Assembly (NCBI GenBank): GCA_016342645.1
Contig: JAEINX010000005.1
Coordinates: forward strand, 1 to 63,338
DNA from: Bacteroidales bacterium
Lineage (GTDB): Bacteria; Bacteroidota; Bacteroidia; Bacteroidales; JAEINX01
DNA length: 63,338 bases
Direction: 5' to 3'
The notes below the pieces were generated by a model, which was not told the DNA's origin, did not search any database, and saw only the letters and a list, made by a program, of their open reading frames with translations. Both the position numbers and the translations under genes were made by a program. Shown here piece by piece: positions 17,153-27,016 of this stretch; within the stretch, counting starts at the first letter, position 1; the number at the start of each line of letters is the position of its first letter.

Positions 17153-18379
17153 CTAACTAAACCTGATTGCCTTAACCGGAGTAATTCTTGTAATTATATA
17201 CGATGGAATTATAAGCATTAAAACACAAACTATCAGGGTTCCCGAATTAATTAATATTAAATTGGTGATATTTAAATTTATAGGAACGTAAGAAACAAAA
17301 TATGATTCAACGGGAAGAGAAATTAGTTTAAAATATTTTTGAAGAAGACATAGTCCTACTCCAAAAATATTTCCGAGAATCAATCCTTTGCCAATAATAT
17401 AAATTGCATTATAAAGAAATATTTTTCTAATACTCCAGTCTTTACTTCCCAGAGCTTTTAAAATTCCAATCATATTTGTGCGTTCGAGAATTAAAATCAA
17501 TAAAGTAGAAATCATTGTAATTGCAGCCACTGCTACCATTAAAACTAAAATGACCCAAACATTCATATCCTGTAGTTCGAGCCAGTCGAATATTTGAGGG
17601 TAAAGTTGTTTGATGGTTTGTGTATCAAGGTCGTAATCAATCTTATTATAAATATACCGGCCTAATTTATCGAGATCATTAAAATCATCAATAATAACCT
17701 CAAAACCGGCAATCATATCATTGCTCCAGTTGTTAATTTTTTGAATATGCTTTATGTCTCCGATGATAAACTTATTATCAAATTCTTCAAGCCCGGTTTC
17801 AAAAATTCCTTCGATCTCAAACTTTCTTCCTCTCGGACTGCTTTGATCTTGGGTAAGAAAATACATTCTGACAGCATCACCGGCTTTAAATTTCATTTTT
17901 GATGCAGTACTTTTCGAGATCAGAATTTTATTTGTTTTAACGGAATCATTGATTTCAAAAGTCTTGCCTTCAATAATTTTATCTTTGAAGAACGACCAAT
18001 CATAATCGCTGTCAACACCTTTTAAAACAATTCCCTGTATTTGATCATCGGTTTTTATTATTCCTGCTTTATTAGCATAAACCTGAATATGTTTAATGCC
18101 ATCAATGGTGTCGAGTGCGGGATAAAATGTCTGAAATTTTGTAATTGGAGACGACTCGTAAGATAGGTTGGAATCATAATTTCCAATTTGAATATGTGAA
18201 CCGAAACCTATAACTTTATCTCTAACCATGATTTTAAAACCAGTTACGATAGCAATTGAAACAATCATAACAGATAGGCCGAGAGCAATACCTGCAACGG
18301 CAACTTTAACAATTGGGCGAGAAAAATTATCCTTGTTTTTGGATAAAATATGTTTTGTTATAAATAATTCGAAGTTCAA
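17153..18379 (-). CDS. FtsX-like ABC transporter permease (LolE/LolC-like)
   Basis: N-terminal TM helix, a large periplasmic MacB-like domain, and a C-terminal 3-TM FtsX domain (ILKALGSKDWSIRKIF). Confidence 0.8.
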   Translation of the reverse strand: MNFELFITKHILSKNKDNFSRPIVKVAVAGIALGLSVMIVSIAIVTGFKIMVRDKVIGFGSHIQIGNYDSNLSYESSPITKFQTFYPALDTIDGIKHIQVYANKAGIIKTDDQIQGIVLKGVDSDYDWSFFKDKIIEGKTFEINDSVKTNKILISKSTASKMKFKAGDAVRMYFLTQDQSSPRGRKFEIEGIFETGLEEFDNKFIIGDIKHIQKINNWSNDMIAGFEVIIDDFNDLDKLGRYIYNKIDYDLDTQTIKQLYPQIFDWLELQDMNVWVILVLMVAVAAITMISTLLILILERTNMIGILKALGSKDWSIRKIFLYNAIYIIGKGLILGNIFGVGLCLLQKYFKLISLPVESYFVSYVPINLNITNLILINSGTLIVCVLMLIIPSYIITRITPVKAIRFS

Positions 18380-18381
18380 TT

Positions 18382-20973
18382 TTATTCTCTTAAAATGGTT
18401 ACTGATCCGCTAAGAGTTCGTTTAGTCAATCCGCTAAGCCGCATTTCGTAAACATCGCACACATAGAAATAAACTCCGGCACTGCAATCGCTATTATTAT
18501 TCTTGTTTTTTCCATCCCAATTTATTTTAGGATCATGGGTTTCAAAAACAATTCTCCCCCAACGGTCAAAAATTTCAATATCAATTCTTTCAACCGAAGT
18601 AAATGGGAAAGGAATAAAATAATCGTTACGTCCGTCATTATTTGGAGTAAAAACATTCGGCAGGCTATAAATGGAGCAACTGTCGATGTCGATGCAAACT
18701 ATATTACTAAAATCGCTTTCGTTGCCAATCGAATCAATAGCAGTAACTGCATAGCATCCGGCAATTGAAAAACTTCCCTGATGAGTGAAAGTAGTATCGG
18801 ATGCACCAAATACACTTGCCAATATTGTCAATTCTTCGGTCTCTAAATGTGAATAATAAACATTATATTTCGCAACATCATCACAACAAAAATTATTAGG
18901 ATTTGTCCACGTCAAAATATTTTCGGCATAGTCGCAATTTGTTGTGATAAATAATTCGGGTGGGCAAGGAGGTTTGTTATCAATCGGTTTTCCGCATTTT
19001 TGTTGCGAAAAATTAATAATCGGTGAAATCAGTCCGGGTGAATCATAATCTCCAACACTTTTAATATAATAACAATATTTTTCACCATTTATCAAATTTC
19101 GGTCATAATACTTTGAATCATTTGTCCATCCAAGCGAATCATAATCCGATTCTTCGGGGTCTTGGCGATAAATAATATATGCCTCATTATTCCACGGAAC
19201 ATAAGGACTCCACGAAAGTTGTAATTCCTCATCGGTTTCGTAAATATTAATAAAAAGTGATGACGCATTCTGAGTGCTGCCGATTTCACCAATAGATTCG
19301 CTATGCAATCCTATTTTGTAGCTGTAAGGATTATTATCTTGATTAAGATTAATGCTTTTGTCAAAATATAAAGTATCGTTCAAACCAATATTATTCCCAA
19401 TAAGCTGAAAATCTGATCCCGGAATTCCGATTGCACGAAAGATTTGATATTGAAAAGGGCCCGGGAATTTAATCGTGTCAAGTTCAACAGGTTTTGCCCA
19501 TGCCAAAAAACAATGACCTAAACCAAGATTGGAACTATCGTTGCTAACATTTGTTATTATTGGTAGATCTCTTTTTAAAGAAGCACATGCCTCTAACGAA
19601 GCATAGCTTTCGGCTCCATCAGGATAATAGGCAATTATAATGTAACAATAATAAATTCCATGAACTAATCCAATGCCATTATTATCATCGACATAAATAG
19701 TATCTTCAATAGATTTAATTTCTTTTATTAGCTTATATCCCGTATAAGCCGGAACTCCGGTTTCACAAACACCGTGAATAAATCCATAATATCCTTTTCT
19801 TCTAAAAAGTTTATAACCAATAGCATTTTCACAAATAGTTTTATCCCAATTTAAATGGATATTGTTTCCAATAGCTTCAGCAGAAAGGTTTTCGGGTGGA
19901 GGCCCAATAACTTTGATGTTTACTGTTTTTATATCAACAAGATTAACAGGCATGCTATTATCAATTGCTTTAAAATACACTTGATATGGATATTTTTGAA
20001 CATGAGAACAAACTGTTGGCCAGCTAAAAGTTGAAGTAACCTTGCTTAATGAATCAACTATTGGGAATTCGGCCGGATTATTCTGCATAACAATTGGGCC
20101 GCCCGTGGCTGTAAGAGTAATAAGGTCGTCATCTTCATCGGTGGCAACTACATCAAATTCCAGAAAAGAACCTGCTTCAACACAAGTATCGTCGATTGTA
20201 AAAATTTCAGGCGGAAGATTATCGCATGCTACAATATTAATTTGCATATCGCGAATAATGCTACCGATTTCATATCCGTTCCGCCATTCCTTAATAAGAA
20301 TAGCAATATTATATTCTCCTTGTATTTCAGGCATATCCCAAATCACATCACCCGAATATGAATCTATTGAAAAAATATTAGAGGCCATTGGTAAAGAATA
20401 TCCCGGAATAGGTAATCCATTTGCACCTTTACATTCAATTAACTGATAAGAAAGACTGTCACCATCAACATCATAAGCTCCCGGATTGTGTAAATATAAT
20501 CGGTTGACACAACCATTATCAAAAGGCGGATTTAATAAAACAGGTGAATTGTTTACCCCAAGGAATGGATTAATAACAAGTTCTGATTCCGTATAAAATG
20601 GAATATTCACGGAGTTTGGAATATTTAAAACTCCATAGTTACGGTTCGGATCTTCAACTGAAATAATATAAGTTGCGGGGGCGGCGAAAGTATGGCGGGC
20701 TTCAATGCCTCCGTAAACATTTCGTGAAATATTATTTGGGTAATTGATTTTTTCAATAAGCGGAATAATACTAGCGGATCCATCACCCCATAAAACCAAC
20801 ATTTCTATACGATTGGCAGGACTTGGAGTAAAAGTATAAGTTACGATGGTAATTTCATAAGTCAAACCCGTGATATGTTTATAGGTTATTTCACCGGCAC
20901 GTTCGTGGGTTGCAAATATGCTTGGAATAATAGTTATTAAGAAAAAAATAAATAAAATAAATTTCTTCATCAT
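18382..20973 (-). CDS. large secreted protein with a T9SS type B (gliding-motility-associated) C-terminal sorting domain
   Basis: The C-terminus LPNVFTPNNDGRNDYF...WDGK...GVYFYV matches the type B CTD pattern. Signal peptide at the N-terminus. Confidence 0.75.
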   Translation of the reverse strand: MMKKFILFIFFLITIIPSIFATHERAGEITYKHITGLTYEITIVTYTFTPSPANRIEMLVLWGDGSASIIPLIEKINYPNNISRNVYGGIEARHTFAAPATYIISVEDPNRNYGVLNIPNSVNIPFYTESELVINPFLGVNNSPVLLNPPFDNGCVNRLYLHNPGAYDVDGDSLSYQLIECKGANGLPIPGYSLPMASNIFSIDSYSGDVIWDMPEIQGEYNIAILIKEWRNGYEIGSIIRDMQINIVACDNLPPEIFTIDDTCVEAGSFLEFDVVATDEDDDLITLTATGGPIVMQNNPAEFPIVDSLSKVTSTFSWPTVCSHVQKYPYQVYFKAIDNSMPVNLVDIKTVNIKVIGPPPENLSAEAIGNNIHLNWDKTICENAIGYKLFRRKGYYGFIHGVCETGVPAYTGYKLIKEIKSIEDTIYVDDNNGIGLVHGIYYCYIIIAYYPDGAESYASLEACASLKRDLPIITNVSNDSSNLGLGHCFLAWAKPVELDTIKFPGPFQYQIFRAIGIPGSDFQLIGNNIGLNDTLYFDKSINLNQDNNPYSYKIGLHSESIGEIGSTQNASSLFINIYETDEELQLSWSPYVPWNNEAYIIYRQDPEESDYDSLGWTNDSKYYDRNLINGEKYCYYIKSVGDYDSPGLISPIINFSQQKCGKPIDNKPPCPPELFITTNCDYAENILTWTNPNNFCCDDVAKYNVYYSHLETEELTILASVFGASDTTFTHQGSFSIAGCYAVTAIDSIGNESDFSNIVCIDIDSCSIYSLPNVFTPNNDGRNDYFIPFPFTSVERIDIEIFDRWGRIVFETHDPKINWDGKNKNNNSDCSAGVYFYVCDVYEMRLSGLTKRTLSGSVTILRE

Positions 20974-21135
20974 AAAAAAAATAACATATAATATTTTTCC
21001 GACAAGCCAAAATTAGTAAATTAAAGCAAATAGAATTAAAAAAGGTATAGATTACCGGATAAACTTATGAAATATTTAAAGTAATAATATTGATTTAAAA
21101 TATTATTTTAAAAATGTATGATATTAAAACATTTA

Positions 21136-21167
21136 TTTGTTTCGTTTTAAAACATTGCCTATCTTTG
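21136..21167 (+). promoter_or_regulatory. Bacteroidota-type promoter (-33 TTTG / -7 TAtcTTTG)
   Basis: tttg at 21136-21139 and tatctttg at 21160-21167 are spaced 20 nt apart. The motif ends about 30 nt upstream of the ATG at 21196. Confidence 0.45.
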
Positions 21168-21195
21168 CACATTGGAAAACAAAAAAATAATTGAT

Positions 21196-21999
21196 ATGGA
21201 GATAAGTCTTTCAAAAAATCAAATAGGCCAAAGGATAAGTAAACTTCGTAAAATGAAGAAGATATCTCAATATGATTTGGCTAAATGTGTTAAGATTTCC
21301 CGACCATCAATGGCACAAATTGAACTTGGAAACAGAAGCGTTGATGTTTTAGAGCTACAAAAGTTGTCAATTGTTTTGGGCTTCTCTTTGGACGATTTCA
21401 TGTCGAAAGATTTTAACATCAGCCATATGATTGATGCAAAGCCGGAAATCTTTACCAAGAAGTTTGAGGAACGTATTTCTGTACCAATTCTCAATATCAA
21501 AAAGTTTAAGAATGTACTTTTATATATTTTGGAAAGATGTGCAGGAAAACCGAACGTTGGCGAAACTGTCCTTAATAAACTACTTTACTTTATAGATTTT
21601 AATTACTATGAATTGTATGAAGAACATCTGACCGGCTCAAAATACCGCAAATTGCCTTATGGCCCTGTTCCAGAAAAGTTAGATATCATCATTAATCAAA
21701 TGATTGAGAAGTCGCTTTTGAAAAGAATTAAAACAGAATATTACGCTTATCCACAAACTCGTTTCCTGCCATTAGTGAAAGCAGATTTAACCGAATTAAA
21801 AGCAAGTGAAAAAGAAGTCATTGACAAAGTTATTGAGCAAATGAGTGATTGGTCAGCTACTGCAATTACTAATTATTCTCATAAGGATATGCCTTGGCTT
21901 TCATCAAAAGAAGGAGAAGAAATTAATTACGAATTAGCTTTTTATAGAGATGTTCCCTTTTCTGTAAGAAATTATGGAGACGAAATTGATGAAATATGA
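21196..21999 (+). CDS. XRE-family HTH fused to a Panacea (DUF4065/SocA-like) antitoxin domain
   Basis: HTH: IGQRISKLRKMKKISQYDLAKCVKISRPSMAQIELG. C-terminal half: NKLLYFIDFNYYELYEEHLTGSKYRKLPYGPVP, typical of DUF4065. Confidence 0.7.
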   Translation: MEISLSKNQIGQRISKLRKMKKISQYDLAKCVKISRPSMAQIELGNRSVDVLELQKLSIVLGFSLDDFMSKDFNISHMIDAKPEIFTKKFEERISVPILNIKKFKNVLLYILERCAGKPNVGETVLNKLLYFIDFNYYELYEEHLTGSKYRKLPYGPVPEKLDIIINQMIEKSLLKRIKTEYYAYPQTRFLPLVKADLTELKASEKEVIDKVIEQMSDWSATAITNYSHKDMPWLSSKEGEEINYELAFYRDVPFSVRNYGDEIDEI

Positions 22000-22340
22000 T
22001 ATTTATTGAACTTGTAGAATTTAATAAGGACCTCAAAAAACTTTTAAAAAAATATCGGACGCTGAAAGATGATATCGAAACAGTAAAACAAGTTTTAGAA
22101 ATTGTACCTGATGAAAGGCCACTTTTCAGTTTTCGTATAGCTAATTTAAGCTTGGAAACTTGCGTAATTAAAGTAAAGAAAATTGCCTGTAAAGCACTAA
22201 AGGGAAGGGGAGTAAATTCGGGGTTGCGTTTGGTTTATGCGTATTTCAAAGAAGAACAAAAAATAATCTTTATTGAACTTTATCATAAAAACGATAAAGA
22301 AAATGAAGATAGGCAAAGGATTTTGGATAATTTCAAGTAG
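21996..22340 (+). CDS. RelE/ParE-superfamily toxin-like protein
   Basis: 114 aa with a 4-nt ATGA overlap with the upstream antitoxin-like gene. GLRLVYAYFKEEQKIIFIELYHKNDKEN resembles the RelE-fold core strands. Confidence 0.6.
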   Translation: MIFIELVEFNKDLKKLLKKYRTLKDDIETVKQVLEIVPDERPLFSFRIANLSLETCVIKVKKIACKALKGRGVNSGLRLVYAYFKEEQKIIFIELYHKNDKENEDRQRILDNFK

Positions 22341-22625
22341 AAATTAAAATGACAAGTTTTTTGATAAACTTGCTTCAATTTATACACATTCTAAACAAAG
22401 CCTTAAACATTTATAATATTTTGTATAACAGTTATAAATACAATTATTGAAGATCAAGGTTAATTTTTAAAAGTATAATTATCAAATCATTATAAATTAT
22501 GAAATCTTATAAACAAAAGACTTATTAATTTAAGTTTTGTTTTTATTTTTGCCGAATGTTTATTTTTAATTTTGATTCAATAATTAATTGAATCTTTTAT
22601 TTTGTTTAACAAAAAATGATTTACC

Positions 22626-23567
22626 GTGAATGATGTAATTATTTTTTCATTTATATCATTAAGTGCAATAGGAATTGCGGCAGCAGTTATTTTGTACTTT
22701 ATTGCTCAGAAATTTAAAGTAATCGAAGACCCTAAAATAGATTTGGTTGCCGATGCCTTGCCCGGAGCAAATTGTGGTGGCTGCGGATTTCCCGGATGCC
22801 GGAATTTTGCCGAAGCTTGCGTGAAAACCGGAAAAAACCAGGGAAACATTGATGGTTTAAATTGCCCTGTAGGTGGAGGTGAGACAATGAGTTCGGTTGC
22901 CGCAATACTTGGTTTTGAAGTTACCGAAGCTGATCCATTGATAGCAGTCGTGCGTTGCTCGGGAACAAAAACAAATGCACCTAAAAAAGTCAACTACGAT
23001 GGTCCCGAAACTTGTTCTTTTGCACATAGTTTATCATCGGGCGAAAGTGGTTGTCCTTATGGATGTCTGGGTTTAGGCGATTGTGTGAAAGCCTGTGCAT
23101 TTGATGCTATTTTCATAAATGACGAAACCGGTTTACCCGAAGTAAACGAGAAATGTGTTGCCTGTGGTGCTTGTGTTGATGCTTGTCCCCGAAATATTAT
23201 TGAATTAAGAAAAAAAGGCAAAAAAGATCGCAGAATTTTTGTTTCATGTATTAATAAAGAAAAAGGTGCACCCGCAAAGAAAAACTGTGCAGTTGCCTGT
23301 ATTGGTTGTGGAAAATGTGTCAAAACTTGTCCGTTTGAGGCTATCACTTTGGAGAATAACCTTGCATATATTGATTTTGAAAAATGCAAGCTTTGCAGAA
23401 AATGTGTTGAAGTTTGTCCGACAAATGCAATACATGAGCTTAATTTTCCACCACGAAAACCCAAACCGGAAAAAGCCGTTTCTGAAAATAAACCTGAGCC
23501 AAAAACAATTGCTGATAAAACTGAAACTGAGGCTAAGGTGTTAAAAATTAATAAAGAAGGAAATTAA
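22626..23567 (+). CDS. rnfB: Rnf electron transport complex subunit B
   Basis: N-terminal TM helix, CGGCGFPGC, and multiple CxxCxxCxxxCP ferredoxin clusters. First gene of the rnf cluster. Confidence 0.85.
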   Translation: MNDVIIFSFISLSAIGIAAAVILYFIAQKFKVIEDPKIDLVADALPGANCGGCGFPGCRNFAEACVKTGKNQGNIDGLNCPVGGGETMSSVAAILGFEVTEADPLIAVVRCSGTKTNAPKKVNYDGPETCSFAHSLSSGESGCPYGCLGLGDCVKACAFDAIFINDETGLPEVNEKCVACGACVDACPRNIIELRKKGKKDRRIFVSCINKEKGAPAKKNCAVACIGCGKCVKTCPFEAITLENNLAYIDFEKCKLCRKCVEVCPTNAIHELNFPPRKPKPEKAVSENKPEPKTIADKTETEAKVLKINKEGN

Positions 23568-23672
23568 ATATTGATGTTTATTTAGCATTTATTGTGCATA
23601 GAGAAAGATATATTTAAATTTAATTAAATTGAATTAATGAAATGTTTGAAAATAATTTAGGAGGAAAAAATA

Positions 23673-25004
23673 TTGAAAACCTTTAAATTAGGCGGTGTTC
23701 ATCCGGCAGAAAACAAATTATCAGAAAGTCAGCCCATTGAAATTCTTCAGTTGCCAAAGAAAGTGTTTATTCCTTTAGCACAAAATTTAGGCGCTCCTTC
23801 AGTAGCTGTAGTAAAAAGAGGCGATGAAGTAAAAGTCGGGCAATTAATTGCTAAAGCTGAAGCTTTCATTTGCTCAAATGTTCATTCATCGGTATCCGGT
23901 AAAGTAACTAAAATTGATAATTTTATAACCCAAACCGGATATAAAACGTCCACAATTCATATTGATGTAGCCGGCGATATCTGGGACGAAAGTATTGATA
24001 CCTCTCCGGAAATCAAGCATGAAATCAAACTTTCTAAAGATGAAATCGTTCAGAAAATCAAAGAAATGGGCATTGTTGGTATGGGTGGAGCTGCTTTTCC
24101 GACTCATGTAAAATTAATGCCACCTCCGGGAAAGAAAGCTGAATTTCTAATTATTAACGGAGTTGAATGCGAGCCTTATCTTACTTCCGATCATAGAATA
24201 ATGCTTGAAAAAAGCGAGGAACTTTTGATTGGAGTTTCTGTTTTAATGAAAGGCCTTGATGTAAAAAAAGCTTTGATTGGGATTGAAAACAATAAAACTG
24301 ATGCCATAAGGATTTTATCGGAACTTGCCGTACAATATGATGGTATTTCGGTTTATCCTTTAAAAATAAAATATCCGCAAGGTGGCGAGAAGCAATTAAT
24401 TAAAGCCTTAGTAAACCGCGAAGTTCCTTCAGGAAAATTACCTATCGAAGTTGGTTGTGTTGTAAATAATGTCGGAACAGCATTCGCAGTTTATGAAGCG
24501 GTTCAAAAAAATAAGCCACTAATTGAAAGAGTAGTAAGTGTAACAGGAAAAACTTTGGCAAAACCTTCAAATTTGTTGGTAAGGGTGGGGACACAAATCT
24601 CGGAATTAATTGACAAAGCCGGCGGAATTCCTCAAGGAACCGGAAAAGTTGTAGGAGGCGGACCAATGATGGGAAAAGCTTTGGTTTCTATCGAAGCTCC
24701 TATTGTTAAAGGTTCATCAGGGATTTTAGTCTTTGATGAGAAAGAAGAAAAACGCCTCGAACCTCAAAACTGTATTAGATGTGCCCGATGTATTACCGCT
24801 TGCCCTATGGGTTTGGAACCGGTATTATTAGCACAATATTCGGAAAACGAAATGTTTGATCTTGCTGAAGAAAATTCAATTATGGATTGTATGGAATGCG
24901 GATCTTGTCATTATACATGCCCGGCTAATAGGCCTTTATTGGATTATATTCGGGTTGGAAAAAATAAAGTTGGTCAAATAATTAGAAATAGAGGAAAAGC
25001 ATAA
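23673..25004 (+). CDS. rnfC: Rnf complex subunit C
   Basis: GMGGAAFPTHVKL, plus two 4Fe-4S motifs (CIRCARCITACP and CMECGSCHYTCP). Confidence 0.9.
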   Translation: MKTFKLGGVHPAENKLSESQPIEILQLPKKVFIPLAQNLGAPSVAVVKRGDEVKVGQLIAKAEAFICSNVHSSVSGKVTKIDNFITQTGYKTSTIHIDVAGDIWDESIDTSPEIKHEIKLSKDEIVQKIKEMGIVGMGGAAFPTHVKLMPPPGKKAEFLIINGVECEPYLTSDHRIMLEKSEELLIGVSVLMKGLDVKKALIGIENNKTDAIRILSELAVQYDGISVYPLKIKYPQGGEKQLIKALVNREVPSGKLPIEVGCVVNNVGTAFAVYEAVQKNKPLIERVVSVTGKTLAKPSNLLVRVGTQISELIDKAGGIPQGTGKVVGGGPMMGKALVSIEAPIVKGSSGILVFDEKEEKRLEPQNCIRCARCITACPMGLEPVLLAQYSENEMFDLAEENSIMDCMECGSCHYTCPANRPLLDYIRVGKNKVGQIIRNRGKA

Positions 25005-25007
25005 AAT

Positions 25008-26000
25008 ATGAATTTACTTACTATTTCAGGTTCTCCACACGTTCATGGAGATTCTTCTGTAAAAAAAATAATGTATGGCGTTGTTATCGCCATGATTCCG
25101 GCTCTGATAGTTTCAATTTACTTTTTTGGAATAGGAGCGGTTAAAGTAATTTTAATTTCTGTGATTGCATGTTTGTTTTTTGAATGGGCAATTCAGAAAT
25201 TTCTAATAAAAGGAAAAAGCACTATCGGTGATGGCTCGGCTCTGATAACGGGAGTTTTACTTGCCTTTAATGTTCCAAGCAATCTTCCAATCGGGATAAT
25301 TATTATTGGAGCTTTTGTTTCAATAGCAATTGCAAAGATGTCGTTTGGCGGATTAGGGAAAAATCCTTTTAATCCGGCTTTGGTAGGAAGGGTTTTCCTT
25401 TTAGTTTCGTTTCCGGTTCTAATGACTTCATGGCCGATACCAAAACCATTGTTTTCGTCTTTTGTGACGGATGCAATCACAGGGCCTACCCCTTTGGGAA
25501 TTGTTAAAGAAGGTTTAAAAAGCGGTGAAACAGTTTCACATCTAATGGCTCAACTACCAACTTACACCGAAGGGATTATAGGCGGAATTGGTGGATCATT
25601 GGGTGAAGTTTCGGTTATTGCATTATTAATAGGTGCAATTTATATGCTAATTAAAAAAATAATTACATGGGAAATTCCAACTGCATTTTTGGGCTCAGTC
25701 ATAATTTTCACAGGAGTTTTATACTTAATTAATCCTGAAATGTATATCAGTCCAATTTTTCATTTGGTAACAGGCGGTTTAGCCTTAGGAGTTTTCTTTA
25801 TGGCAACTGATATGGTTACATCACCAATGTCATCGAAAGGAATGTTGATTTTTGGCCTTGGCGCAGGAGTAATTACTGTAATCATCAGAGTTTGGGGAGC
25901 TTACCCCGAAGGTGTTTCGTTTGCAATTTTAATAATGAACGCCTTCGTACCTTTGATTAATAAAGGATTTAAACCAAAACGATTTGGAACTGTTAATTGA
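25008..26000 (+). CDS. rnfD: Rnf complex subunit D
   Basis: Polytopic membrane protein with SPHVH, ATDMVTSP and a NqrB/RnfD-like layout. Confidence 0.9.
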   Translation: MNLLTISGSPHVHGDSSVKKIMYGVVIAMIPALIVSIYFFGIGAVKVILISVIACLFFEWAIQKFLIKGKSTIGDGSALITGVLLAFNVPSNLPIGIIIIGAFVSIAIAKMSFGGLGKNPFNPALVGRVFLLVSFPVLMTSWPIPKPLFSSFVTDAITGPTPLGIVKEGLKSGETVSHLMAQLPTYTEGIIGGIGGSLGEVSVIALLIGAIYMLIKKIITWEIPTAFLGSVIIFTGVLYLINPEMYISPIFHLVTGGLALGVFFMATDMVTSPMSSKGMLIFGLGAGVITVIIRVWGAYPEGVSFAILIMNAFVPLINKGFKPKRFGTVN

Positions 26001-26036
26001 TTATTTTTGATTGATTATTTTTAATTGAAAAGGAAA

Positions 26037-26396
26037 ATGACAGAAACTGAACTAAAGATAAGAGCTAAAAAGTTTGCACATGATTGTGTTAAACTTGCTT
26101 TATTGCTCCCAAAAAGTAAATTAGGCCTGCATATTCAGGGACAACTGATAAGATGTTCAACATCTGTTGCAGCAAATTATAGGGCTGGATGTGTTGCACA
26201 ATCAAAAAAAAGTTTTGTTGCAAAATTGAGTATTGTAATAGAAGAAGTAGATGAATCAAATTTCTGGTTGGAATTCATAAAAGATGAAAAATTATTGGAG
26301 CTAAATATAATTTCTCCGCTATTAAATGAATCAGCAGAATTAACTTCAATTTTCATTGCCTCCAGAAAAACAGCCCAATTATCAATTAAAAGTTAA
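26037..26396 (+). CDS. four-helix-bundle protein (23S rRNA intervening-sequence protein family)
   Basis: QLIRCSTSVAANYRAGC...SKKSFVAKLSIVIEEVDESNFWLEF matches the family pattern. Start taken at the internal ATG (MTETEL). Confidence 0.8.
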   Translation: MTETELKIRAKKFAHDCVKLALLLPKSKLGLHIQGQLIRCSTSVAANYRAGCVAQSKKSFVAKLSIVIEEVDESNFWLEFIKDEKLLELNIISPLLNESAELTSIFIASRKTAQLSIKS

Positions 26397-26437
26397 AAAT
26401 CAATAATATAAAATTAAAAATATAAAATATAAAAGAC

Positions 26438-27016
26438 ATGGCAAAAAAGGAATCATCTTTTATAAACATGGTAATCACGTTGTTTGTGATAACTGCGGTT
26501 GCTTCTCTTGCTTTGGGTGGAGTTTATAATATTACAAAAGAACCCATCAGGCTCGCTCAAATTGCCAAAGCCGAAAAGGCTATAAAAGAAGTTATCCCTG
26601 CTTTCGATGAATTAAAATCGTTCAAAATTATGCCTGAGAACGGGAAAGACTCTTTAATATTCAACCAGGGATTGAAAGATGGGAAAATGGTAGGTATTGC
26701 GGTCGAAACATATTCGTATGAAGGCTACGACCCGACTCAGATTAAAATCATGGTTGGCTTTTTGCCAGACGGAAAAATTATTAATACTGCCGTTGTACAA
26801 CAAAAAGAAACTCCCGGCCTTGGAACCAAAATGGCAAGTGAGAAATTTAAAGCTCAATTTAGAGATAAAGACCCAAAACAATATACTTTGAAAGTTGTAA
26901 AAGATGGCGGCAACGTTGATGCAATTACAGCAGCAACAATAAGCTCAAGAGCATTCTGTGATGCTGTTCAACGTGCCTACACTACTTTCGAAAAAGCTGA
27001 AGGAGGGAACAAATAA
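26438..27016 (+). CDS. rnfG: Rnf complex subunit G (FMN-binding)
   Basis: N-terminal TM helix, ETPGLG, and the FMN attachment motif DAITAATISSRA. Confidence 0.85.
   Translation: MAKKESSFINMVITLFVITAVASLALGGVYNITKEPIRLAQIAKAEKAIKEVIPAFDELKSFKIMPENGKDSLIFNQGLKDGKMVGIAVETYSYEGYDPTQIKIMVGFLPDGKIINTAVVQQKETPGLGTKMASEKFKAQFRDKDPKQYTLKVVKDGGNVDAITAATISSRAFCDAVQRAYTTFEKAEGGNK

Noticed and set aside
22706-23464. Several 60-135-aa antisense or alternative-frame ORFs inside rnfB. Similar ORFs lie inside most long genes, for example 1224-1589, 12139-12423 and 20042-20446.
   Set aside because: They are fully nested in well-supported genes with strong motif evidence, and none shows motifs of its own.
26037-26396. 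Diversity-generating retroelement, prompted by the Avd-like four-helix-bundle protein and by repeated modules in the paralogs.
   Set aside because: There is no reverse transcriptase gene and no template/variable repeat pair near the gene. Differences among the paralog modules are spread over all codon positions rather than confined to a short variable region.
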